A stretch of 64,000 nt of DNA, taken from the IMG/VR virus record IMGVR_UViG_3300020046_003388; one strand, written 5' to 3'. The stretch's first letter is position 1. Each line of letters starts with the position of its first letter. Shown here in pieces: positions 20,261-29,074 of this stretch. The stretch comes from an uncultured virus (IMG/VR IMGVR_UViG_3300020046_003388) (lineage: Duplodnaviria > Heunggongvirae > Uroviricota > Caudoviricetes). Under the pieces are notes generated by a model, which had not been told where the DNA came from, ran no database searches, and saw only the letters and a list, made by a program, of their open reading frames with translations. The position numbers and the translations under genes are program-made.

Positions 20261-23200
20261 ATGGCGTACCCTCACACCCTTGCTTGGTCCGGGTACTGGA
20301 GTACGAACTATGCAGGTTCGCCTTGGGTTGGGGAGGCGACTGCTGGGGCTAGCTCTGGTCGTGACTTAACGGAAGCTACAAATCCACCAGCTACAGGAAC
20401 CGCACGCTACGGGCATACCCCAGCTGACTTTGACGGGGTAAACGACACTCTATCTTCGGTAAACCTTGTAGAAGACTTCATGACGGACTGGGTTACCGTC
20501 CATGCAGTCGTAAAGGTGAATAGTGCTGTAGCTCCAAGTGCATTCCTTTACGACGATCCGTGCATCATAAATGTGTATGCCAGTGCAGCTATATGCATTT
20601 CAGTAACTACTTCTGGAGTCGCCTTTCAGGTTTACACTTCGACAGGATCGGTACAGACGGGTTACGTGCCTTTGTCTCTTGGGGTCGTGCACTGTGTGCA
20701 AGCACGTTCAGACGGCACGAATTGCTCTATACGTGTAGATGGGGGTGCTTGGACAAGTGTAGCGAATGTGGACCCTATTGTTACTGCCCCAGGAGTTCCA
20801 CTACTTGTAGGAAAGGACTACTACGCCTCAAATTTCCTTGACGCGGACATCTACACGTTAGGTGTTGCCCCATCTGCATTTTCGGATGGTACACTTGATT
20901 CCTTGTATGCTTACGACAGGGATCGCTACATATTCCTTCCGCTTGATGCAACTCTAGCTGGAGATGCTTCTCTGACTGCAAGCCTTGATCTTCTTGGAGG
21001 GGCTATCGCAGTAGATGCCACCATATCCGGAGATGGGTCGGTCACTTCAAGTCTTAGTCTGTTAGGAGCCCTAGACTCAGGCCTAACTGGGGATGCCTCG
21101 GTCACCTCAAGTCTTGACCTATTAGGCGCACTCACTACAGCCCTAGCCGGAGATGGGTCGGTTACCTCAAGTCTTGACTTACTAGGAGCCCTAGATACAG
21201 CTCTAACTGGGGATGCAGCAGTAACTGCAAGTCTTGATGTTCTTGGGTCTGGTATGGATGCCACCCTAGCTGGGGATGCGTCTGTCACCTCAAGTCTTAG
21301 TCTGCTAGGAGCCCTAGGTGCAACCTTAGCTGGGGATGCTTCTGTAGCTGCAAGTCTTGACGTCAACTTGGTTGCAGCTCTAGCTGGAGATGCCTCTGTA
21401 GCATCTAGTTTGAGTTTACTGGGAGCCCTAAGCTCCACTGTAAGTGGGGACGCCTCAGTATCTTCAGCTCTAAGCGTGGTAAGTCCTCTAGCGTCAGCTC
21501 TTGCTGGGGGCGCCACTGTTACCGCAAGCTTAGTTACCTCAGGTGTTGCAGTTCCAGTAGACGCGACGTTGGCTGGGGGGGCTACGGTTGCGGCGAGTCT
21601 CGTACTTCAGGGGAGCTTGTCTGCTACGTTAGCGGGAGGGACTACAATTGGCCTCCTGTCCCTAACAACGATATCGAGTGACTTCGACGAGTATCTCACG
21701 ATCGTTGAAGATGCTAGTTTCTTGACTCGAAGTAGCGTTGCAGTAGAGGACACGTTAACGCTATTTGAGGCTATCCGTACAGGACTATCCTTGTTCGAGA
21801 GCCAAAGTAACACTACGATTCAAGTTGTATTTCCAGAGGAGCTAAGACTCAACGGAGTTTCGGATGTCACCAACTACTCAGTAGATAGCTACGGTGGTGG
21901 GTTCCCTATCAACATCCTATCCGTTGCTCCAATCGTTCAGACGAAAAAATCTGGCGTACAAGGTCAGGTTGTGGAGTCCGCTCCTGGTGTACTGTACTCC
22001 AGGGTATTTGATCTCTACTCTGACACAGCTATTCCCTCGGATATCGGGGGCTACTTAGTGCTAGGATCAGAGTCATTCCAGATTACTGCTGTAGCAGGAT
22101 CTCAAGTTACTGTAGACCGACCTATTCCAATTTACGGGCTAAATGGTAATTACGTCCCAGGGTCTGGGTTCACCTCTGGAACGGGTCAGCTTGTTTGGAG
22201 CATCACTACAGGCGTCCTGGGGGCCACGCTAACGGTCACTGAGGGTACCGATGGAGCAAGCTACCTAGGTAGAGTGACGCACCTGCAAAGAGCCGTTAGC
22301 GGTCAAATATACTCCAGTCCCAGCTCGTTCTCGTTTCAAGCTATCGGCCTGAAGCCAAGAGTTTCTAGCGTGCAGTTGTCCACTGAGGGTACGCTACTCA
22401 TTACCTTCAATGAGGACATGCGAATCGACGCAGCCCTTCTGGATGTTGCGGAGTACTCAATTACGGGCCCTACGAGAGTGCAGATTGAGTCTGTCTCAAT
22501 GATAAGCTCACGAAGTATAGCTCTTTTGACTTCAGGGTTTGGAGCTGGGAGCTACAATCTAACGGTCAACGCAACAGGGACTCCTAAGGACCTAGCTGGT
22601 AACCCTATTGACCCTATCTTCAACTTGGCGGCATTCAGCGGATCTGTCCCAGTTACCAGTAAGTCCATTTTCACGGATAAGGGTCCGATCGTAAGGCCAG
22701 CACTCACCCTTCAAAGTGGGGTGAACGGGACTATTCAGACCTTTACGACAACGACATTTGGAGCCTCAAAGGTCTTCACCTCGAACGAGGTAGTTCTTCC
22801 CGGAGGTGTATTCACTTCCAGTCATGTCGGATTGCAGCTTGAGTTAGGTAATTCCACGGTCAATGGTGGTACCTACAAGGTACTTGGGGTGGTAGCTGCA
22901 AATCGCTTGAAGCTTCAGGCCAACCTTAGACTACCAGACTCCAATAATGGAAGCCTAAGTTGGAAGCTTGTAAACCCTAGAACGGGGGAGATAGCAGATG
23001 ACCCTTCGGACGTGAGTGTTCGGGTGAATGGGGTAGCCGTAACTCCTCTTGCTGTAGTTGGACTACTAGGCCAGGTCGTACTACCTAGCGTACCTGCATC
23101 TACGGATACCGTTAAAATCGACTACAGTTGGATCAGCGAGCCTACCGTAGAGTTCAGGCGCTTGAACTCCAAAGAGTTTCGTCTCAATGCTTGTGGCAAT

Positions 23201-26200
23201 AACGTAGGAACCGCAAGTGGAACTCAGCATAGCTATCGGTACCGTAACACTACGGTACAGCCAGCCAAGTTTGTACCAACCATTACGACAGCAAGTCTAG
23301 TCCAACCCCTCTTTAGGGAGTTGCACTATCGGGCATTCGAGCGAGCCTACTCGGTTGCACTCAACGATCCAAATCTACTGACTCTGAATTGCCCTACGCA
23401 CAAGATAGCCTATGCTCCGCTATCTCGTGAGATTGTTCAGACTACGGTCAACTACTCCGCAGACACACTACCCGAGGCAGACTCCGATCCCTGGGTACGT
23501 AAGGGTTCTGGTACGGCTACAGTCACTGCTGGAAGTCTTGTTATCCAAGACACCACAGAAGGTGGGTTCCCATCAGGTAACCCTCTGTTCTGGGTAAAGG
23601 ATGTAGACCTAACCTACCCTCATGTGTTCGCAGCTACTTGGCGCATGCAGGTGAACTCCTTTACCTCAAATGGGGTATTTACTGGAGTTGGTATTGGGTG
23701 GTCTGGGGGCCGCACGGCGATTGTCCTAGGTTACATCTATGATGGGGGTACTCGTAAACTTGGGTTCCTCAAGCGTGGATTTGGGAACGACCCATCAGGC
23801 ATTACCGCTTGGTTTGGAGGAGTGACTACAAACCTACCCGTCAACTTTGACTGGTCCACGAATCACAGTTACCGTCTGTTCCGTAGTCGGGATGGAGTGG
23901 TTCAGTTGTTTGTGGACGGAGAGGTTATTCCTAGTCTGCAAGTTGCAGAAGCAGACCTCCCATTTCTTGAGGAGCTTAACGACCCCTTCGTGCAGCTACA
24001 AGGAGTATTCTTTGGGTCTCTTAGCAGAGAGGCCAAGAACTCTAGTTCTTGGGACTTCGTACGATACCTAAGCCAGCCTACGAACCCATCTCAAACTGCG
24101 CCGTCCATTTTTGCTGGATATGAGGGAGATCTACTACCTGAGGTAACCGCAACTCCTTGGACGCCAGTGGGGTATCATGGTAACGAGACACTTCTTGCTA
24201 CGGGGTCTCTTCTTCTTGATTCTACTTCTGCAACAACCCAGTCGACCTCTACCTCCGTGGGGCTTATCGGGGGGGATTTCAAAGGGTTTACCCGAATTGA
24301 ACCGCTACTTTCGGTCTCTTCGAATGTAGTTCTCGACGTAAACGTACAGCTTCGGACTCTAACTCATGGCATAACCCCCAATGCTCTGATGGCAGCGTTG
24401 GATGACGGTAACCGACTCATTCAGCTATGCCTGTTCCCTTACCAGTCCCAGCCTAAGGTAAGCTACCCAGGTCGGTCCTTGCCACAGGAGGCCTCTCCGC
24501 CATGGGCAGCTCTTGGGACAGCCACTGGGAGCATGGTAGGGCGAACGCTTAGGGTTACGGATACCTTGACCACAGGAGGGCTGGTGTACTTCCGGGAGGA
24601 CCTGGAGGCAGTTAGCTCCCCTAGCCGTATCATTGAGGCCTCGATAGACTCTACGGCAGAGTTCAAGGTCAAGGTAGTGTCCTTCACCCCAGATGGTACG
24701 TCGATTGGGTTTTGTGGTGCTACAGTAGACATCTTCGATGGGACCCGAGCCGTTGGGTTGATGCTGCGGCAAACAACTCTAGGCGTATTCCAAGTAGCCT
24801 TTCACTCAGATGGGTCCTTGTTGGGAGTAGGGTCTCAATTCCTATTCAATTGGAATGATGGTCTATCTCACATCTACCGGGTCGTAAAGAGCGCTACTGG
24901 GAACCTCGTATCGCTCTTCATTGACAACAATTTGATTGGGTCGTTTCCGTATACATCCTTCAACGTAGGGTTGGGTAACCCTACTATGTCGTTTGGTTCG
25001 GCTACGGGCTCAAGTGTATCCTCAACCTCCGTTGTGGATTGGGTGTATGTGAATATTTGGAGAGGTCAATCGGCTACTCCTACCCGATATGCGGGTATCT
25101 GGAAGGGCTCCGACTCCGACTCACTTACAGGTTACCACCTACCACTTAAACTAGAGTCCAAGTCTGGGATCGTAGCTGGCAACACACTGACAGATACTAC
25201 GGTTGACTTCGTGGCTGCTTCTGTCTCTGTGGGTAACCACCTTGTCATTGACATTGGCCCAGATAAGGGGACCTACACGGTTGCGAGTGTTGGCACGAAC
25301 ACTCTAACGTTTGTGGAGTCGTTCGCTCAAGTTACTGAAATGGTTGGGTACCGAATTCCTCTTCAGGTGGATTGGACACTCGCACACAAGTATCGAATCG
25401 TAAGAGACCCCGATGGGTTTGTAGCCGTCCTTCTGGATGCTACTACAACCCCGCTCATACGCGTTGACTACAGTTCCGTAACTCTACCTCCTAGCTCTGT
25501 TGGAGTACCTTACATAATCAACCGAGGGCTACCTTCCGTTTCGTGGGGTTGCTTTGATCCTACAAACCTCTCTCAATCTGCTTGGGATTACGTGAGGTAT
25601 GGGATCACTAGCTCTCCAACAGAGACGAGAATTGCGCCACACCATCAAGTTCTAAATCAGCGCAATGTCATGGCCTCGCCTGAGCACTTGACGACGACAG
25701 TCGCTCACGGCCACACTCAGTACTCTTCCTCCTCTACTGGGATTCCACACCCATGGAAGGACTTCACAGACAATGCTCTGAATATAGCATTCACTCGGTT
25801 GAATGAGGGTACACCCCTCATGCCTTCAACCCAAACCTATGAAGTTCGTAGACCTACTCCAGTGTTCGAGTTTGTCTCGGGCCTTAATCGACCTGAAGAC
25901 GTACTCAATAGTGACCCTGACTTCGTTCTGAACGATGCGTCACAACGATCCAGACTCATTGTTCCTAATGACGTGCTATACGACGGTCTTCAGATTACGG
26001 AAGAGACCACAGGGGAAGCGGAGCACCTCTACCCATACTCAGATGGGAACATAACAGCACTTGGTAAGCTAAATTGGACGAAAGAGGTGTGCGGTACTTA
26101 CCTTGCCGACGTACTTCCTGAGCTAGACCCCAACTTTGGCACCACCTGGGTCCTTCAGTCGGATAATCCTGGTGCCACCACAACAACCGTATCGTCAGGG

Positions 26201-26560
26201 GTATTGACCTACTCCACCACAGCGACCCCGAACAACAACACCATTTACCGTAATGCTACACCACTAACTGACTCTGTTGGGCTACAGACACGAGTGGACT
26301 TCAAGATCAAAGTGGTAGCTGATTCATCGCTAGGGCTTGGGGACTCGGGTATACGATTTGGTTTCAACGCGCTAGGATTGACAGCTTCGTTGGCCTTCGT
26401 GACTACTCCACTTGGGGACCGAGAGGTACGTCTGCTGGACCTAAACACAAATCTTGTCCTTGGGGCGATCCCATTCGACTTTCTAGATGGACTATTTCAT
26501 GTGTACCGTCTAGAGAAGAACCCTGTAACGAGTATGCTTGACGTGTCCATCGACCCCTAG
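20261..26560 (+). CDS. Giant modular tail fibre/receptor-binding protein (LamG/ConA-like domains, 20-aa repeats, Ig-like domain)
   Basis: N-terminal LamG-like ADFDGVNDTL...HCVQAR...IRVDG; about 12 LDAxLAGDASVTxSL repeats; Ig-like LLITFNEDM...PKDLAGNPI; repeated lectin-like units with HxYRL. Confidence 0.7.
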   Translation: MAYPHTLAWSGYWSTNYAGSPWVGEATAGASSGRDLTEATNPPATGTARYGHTPADFDGVNDTLSSVNLVEDFMTDWVTVHAVVKVNSAVAPSAFLYDDPCIINVYASAAICISVTTSGVAFQVYTSTGSVQTGYVPLSLGVVHCVQARSDGTNCSIRVDGGAWTSVANVDPIVTAPGVPLLVGKDYYASNFLDADIYTLGVAPSAFSDGTLDSLYAYDRDRYIFLPLDATLAGDASLTASLDLLGGAIAVDATISGDGSVTSSLSLLGALDSGLTGDASVTSSLDLLGALTTALAGDGSVTSSLDLLGALDTALTGDAAVTASLDVLGSGMDATLAGDASVTSSLSLLGALGATLAGDASVAASLDVNLVAALAGDASVASSLSLLGALSSTVSGDASVSSALSVVSPLASALAGGATVTASLVTSGVAVPVDATLAGGATVAASLVLQGSLSATLAGGTTIGLLSLTTISSDFDEYLTIVEDASFLTRSSVAVEDTLTLFEAIRTGLSLFESQSNTTIQVVFPEELRLNGVSDVTNYSVDSYGGGFPINILSVAPIVQTKKSGVQGQVVESAPGVLYSRVFDLYSDTAIPSDIGGYLVLGSESFQITAVAGSQVTVDRPIPIYGLNGNYVPGSGFTSGTGQLVWSITTGVLGATLTVTEGTDGASYLGRVTHLQRAVSGQIYSSPSSFSFQAIGLKPRVSSVQLSTEGTLLITFNEDMRIDAALLDVAEYSITGPTRVQIESVSMISSRSIALLTSGFGAGSYNLTVNATGTPKDLAGNPIDPIFNLAAFSGSVPVTSKSIFTDKGPIVRPALTLQSGVNGTIQTFTTTTFGASKVFTSNEVVLPGGVFTSSHVGLQLELGNSTVNGGTYKVLGVVAANRLKLQANLRLPDSNNGSLSWKLVNPRTGEIADDPSDVSVRVNGVAVTPLAVVGLLGQVVLPSVPASTDTVKIDYSWISEPTVEFRRLNSKEFRLNACGNNVGTASGTQHSYRYRNTTVQPAKFVPTITTASLVQPLFRELHYRAFERAYSVALNDPNLLTLNCPTHKIAYAPLSREIVQTTVNYSADTLPEADSDPWVRKGSGTATVTAGSLVIQDTTEGGFPSGNPLFWVKDVDLTYPHVFAATWRMQVNSFTSNGVFTGVGIGWSGGRTAIVLGYIYDGGTRKLGFLKRGFGNDPSGITAWFGGVTTNLPVNFDWSTNHSYRLFRSRDGVVQLFVDGEVIPSLQVAEADLPFLEELNDPFVQLQGVFFGSLSREAKNSSSWDFVRYLSQPTNPSQTAPSIFAGYEGDLLPEVTATPWTPVGYHGNETLLATGSLLLDSTSATTQSTSTSVGLIGGDFKGFTRIEPLLSVSSNVVLDVNVQLRTLTHGITPNALMAALDDGNRLIQLCLFPYQSQPKVSYPGRSLPQEASPPWAALGTATGSMVGRTLRVTDTLTTGGLVYFREDLEAVSSPSRIIEASIDSTAEFKVKVVSFTPDGTSIGFCGATVDIFDGTRAVGLMLRQTTLGVFQVAFHSDGSLLGVGSQFLFNWNDGLSHIYRVVKSATGNLVSLFIDNNLIGSFPYTSFNVGLGNPTMSFGSATGSSVSSTSVVDWVYVNIWRGQSATPTRYAGIWKGSDSDSLTGYHLPLKLESKSGIVAGNTLTDTTVDFVAASVSVGNHLVIDIGPDKGTYTVASVGTNTLTFVESFAQVTEMVGYRIPLQVDWTLAHKYRIVRDPDGFVAVLLDATTTPLIRVDYSSVTLPPSSVGVPYIINRGLPSVSWGCFDPTNLSQSAWDYVRYGITSSPTETRIAPHHQVLNQRNVMASPEHLTTTVAHGHTQYSSSSTGIPHPWKDFTDNALNIAFTRLNEGTPLMPSTQTYEVRRPTPVFEFVSGLNRPEDVLNSDPDFVLNDASQRSRLIVPNDVLYDGLQITEETTGEAEHLYPYSDGNITALGKLNWTKEVCGTYLADVLPELDPNFGTTWVLQSDNPGATTTTVSSGVLTYSTTATPNNNTIYRNATPLTDSVGLQTRVDFKIKVVADSSLGLGDSGIRFGFNALGLTASLAFVTTPLGDREVRLLDLNTNLVLGAIPFDFLDGLFHVYRLEKNPVTSMLDVSIDP
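20942..21650 (+). repeat. Coding tandem repeat, about 12 x 60 bp (20 aa)
   Basis: Units such as LDSGLTGDASVTSSLDLLGA and LTTALAGDGSVTSSLDLLGA; GGAGATG/GGGGATG...CAAGTCTT recurs at about 60-bp spacing. Confidence 0.9.
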
Positions 26561-26571
26561 TGGGATAAAGA

Positions 26572-26605
26572 ACTTCTACGGAAGTCCAAGGGAGCGGTAG
26601 CTCCC
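26572..26605 (+). promoter_or_regulatory. Double RNA hairpin in the intergenic region
   Basis: ACTTC-TACG-GAAGT (C(UACG)G tetraloop) and GGGAGC-GGTA-GCTCCC, upstream of GAGGG RBS and ATG 26621. Confidence 0.5.
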
Positions 26606-26620
26606 AAGAGGGTACTTAAC

Positions 26621-27784
26621 ATGGGTGTCGCGACATGCCAATTTACGCAAGGTGCAGTTGTAGGAGGTAGCGGTCAATCCGTTTTTGGATTCACTACCAA
26701 TGCCGTTGCGACCATGACCGATAATGGTGGGGCTGGAGCTTCTTCCTACCTGTGGGAAATCATTTCTTGGCCTAGTCCACTTGCGTCGGCTCCTGCAATC
26801 ACGAACTCTACAACGCAAGTTGCAACGGTTACGCCCACTTTAGATGGGGTGTACATCGTGAAACTCACCAGAGTAGAGGCTGCGGTTACGACCACGGACA
26901 TCAAGTTCTTTGGTGTCTCAGATGAGGACACCCTTACGCTTCCTTCGGTGGGTCAGACTGGGAACATGACCAACCAGTCTGTAAACGCTCAGAGAGCTGG
27001 TTGGGCCGGTCGTCAGAACGCTACCACGAATTTCCAGCTGGATGCATACCTTCGGTTCCTAAAAGCTCGCGTAGGCCGATACACAGGGCACACTCTCGTT
27101 GTAAGTCACTCGTCTGGCGCCCCTGTAGTCCTAGCTATTGTTGAAGGGGTAAGCAAGCCTCTAAGGTTTGTTACGATGACAGGGGCTGGCACCTATACCG
27201 AGGAGCTTACAGCCTCAGCCAACGATGGCATGCGGGTCCGGTATCGAGTCGTGATGACAGCAGGGGCAGGTAACTTCATTCTTAAGAATGGAGTTGCAGG
27301 ATCGACGATCCTAACCCTGACCGCCCCCCCAACGGCTACTTTCACGTATGAGGTGGAAGCGGTCAATGATGGTACGAACTGGTCGATTACTAGGACTGGT
27401 ACGGTAGACCCTAAGGCTGTCACCAAGGCTTACGTAGCAGAACTGGTATCCGGTACTCGCTCGACGGACCAGGTGACATTCACTCGAATTGGGGCAGTAA
27501 CCATCGACCCTTCCAAGTTCCCAACCTCTGAGATTAGGTTTCAGGCAGAGGTTGAGGCGACAACTGGAAAAACGGTTTCGATTCAACTGTACAACACTAC
27601 AGACGGGTCTTTTGTTGGCTCTCCACTGACCTCTACCTCGCTTACCCCAGCAGTCGTTGAGGCCGTCATTACGTTGCCAGCTTCGCTGAAGACGTACGAA
27701 GCTTTGATACGAATGACGACTCCTGGGGATGCGTCAGATCGAGTAACTTGCACAAATGCTCGCATTGTATTGACTTGGGGCTAA
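26621..27784 (+). CDS. Virion structural protein with PKD/Ig-like N-terminal domain
   Basis: SSYLWEIISWP...ATVTPTLDGVYIVKLT PKD-like pattern; Thr-rich beta composition. Confidence 0.6.
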   Translation: MGVATCQFTQGAVVGGSGQSVFGFTTNAVATMTDNGGAGASSYLWEIISWPSPLASAPAITNSTTQVATVTPTLDGVYIVKLTRVEAAVTTTDIKFFGVSDEDTLTLPSVGQTGNMTNQSVNAQRAGWAGRQNATTNFQLDAYLRFLKARVGRYTGHTLVVSHSSGAPVVLAIVEGVSKPLRFVTMTGAGTYTEELTASANDGMRVRYRVVMTAGAGNFILKNGVAGSTILTLTAPPTATFTYEVEAVNDGTNWSITRTGTVDPKAVTKAYVAELVSGTRSTDQVTFTRIGAVTIDPSKFPTSEIRFQAEVEATTGKTVSIQLYNTTDGSFVGSPLTSTSLTPAVVEAVITLPASLKTYEALIRMTTPGDASDRVTCTNARIVLTWG

Positions 27785-27811
27785 CCCCTACCACAAGGAC
27801 TGGACTTACGA

Positions 27812-28792
27812 ATGGCTCTCCCAACTAAAGCAAAGACCTGGCAGTACAACGTTAATCAGGCGGTTGCACTACAAGGGTCAACTATCGCTACTTCGCAACG
27901 GCTTTGGCGGACAATCAAGAACTCCTTGGTTGGGTTCGCCACGTTACCTTGGACAGTTCGAGGGTCTAGTGACTCCGTGGCAGCGGGTATGGATGCCGTT
28001 GACCGATGGGCTGCGGATGCAAACTTGGTAAATGATACCGCAGGTAACGTACACTCCTGGATTGTACTTCGACAGACTGGAATTGCTACAAATTTCGAGA
28101 TCTGCCTTGACCTCAACTCAAATGGTGGATCTGGGAACTTTGACTTCGTAGTGTCCCCTGGATCTGGGTTTACGGGAGGATCTACAACTGCAAGACCTAC
28201 CGCAACAGATGAAGTGCTAACCCAAGCAAACTCAGCCTATGCGTGGTCGAACTTGGATGCAAATCATGTTGTCCATGTAATGCAATCTACGGATGGGCAG
28301 TGTACCAGAGTTGCAGTTTGGAGAGCCTCAACGAACTTGTGTACCTTCTGGATTCTAGATAAGCCCGCCAACCCAGTGACAGGTTGGACAAAGCCCAGCC
28401 TATTTGGAACGGTAGGAGTTAGCTCAGGGGTTGTGAACACTGCTGGGCTATTCGGAGACTTTGCGAATACGACCCTCAAGGGGTATGGCTCAGCGGCTAT
28501 GGTGCTGGCAATGACAGGAGAGGGGTCTCAAGCTACGTCTGGACTCCTATCGAATCTTACTGGAATTGGAACCACTGCGAATAGTTTTGATGGTACTTGG
28601 CCCCTGTTCCCAATAGGTATTGGGTCGATTACTGTAGCAATGCAGGGTAGGCACGGTACGGTGTTCGACCTGTGGTGGAGACCAACCTCTCTAGGGCAGA
28701 TTGATACTTTCCCCAATGACACCTCTCGTCAGTTTGTCGTGATGGGGGACTTTGTGCTCCCATGGGATGGGTCTGTACCTGTAATCACTTGA
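27812..28792 (+). CDS. Putative virion structural protein
   Basis: 326-aa intact ORF, Trp/Gly/Thr-rich, within the fibre cluster. Confidence 0.6.
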   Translation: MALPTKAKTWQYNVNQAVALQGSTIATSQRLWRTIKNSLVGFATLPWTVRGSSDSVAAGMDAVDRWAADANLVNDTAGNVHSWIVLRQTGIATNFEICLDLNSNGGSGNFDFVVSPGSGFTGGSTTARPTATDEVLTQANSAYAWSNLDANHVVHVMQSTDGQCTRVAVWRASTNLCTFWILDKPANPVTGWTKPSLFGTVGVSSGVVNTAGLFGDFANTTLKGYGSAAMVLAMTGEGSQATSGLLSNLTGIGTTANSFDGTWPLFPIGIGSITVAMQGRHGTVFDLWWRPTSLGQIDTFPNDTSRQFVVMGDFVLPWDGSVPVIT

Positions 28793-28798
28793 GGTCAC

Positions 28799-29074
28799 AT
28801 GGCAACTGTAGACGGAAATAGTATGACAGTGGTGGTGCTAGACGTATTACCTAGTACGAATCAAGCTCACTTCTCTACAAAGTCGGGTAACCTAAGGTCT
28901 TTTACGGTTACTTACTACAAAATGCGTGCGAGAGACGTAGATTGCGGCTCCCTTACGTATCGTACTTGGGTGGTGTCCGGTTTTCCTGACCCTACGGGAG
29001 CATTGTATGCTGGAGCCCGATGTGGGGCAACAGCCCTAGCCGATGTGATTATCGCAGAAACTTGGCAGGTGTAA
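28799..29074 (+). CDS. Small hypothetical virion protein
   Basis: GAGG RBS; 91 aa; abuts next gene. Confidence 0.65.
   Translation: MATVDGNSMTVVVLDVLPSTNQAHFSTKSGNLRSFTVTYYKMRARDVDCGSLTYRTWVVSGFPDPTGALYAGARCGATALADVIIAETWQV

Noticed and set aside
20926..21516. 196-aa minus-strand ORF with repeats, and other minus-strand ORFs such as 47168-47797
   Set aside because: Antisense shadows of long + strand genes; no RBS or independent motifs
20942..21650. 60-bp periodic repeats as a possible CRISPR array
   Set aside because: In-frame degenerate coding repeats with no unique spacers and no cas genes
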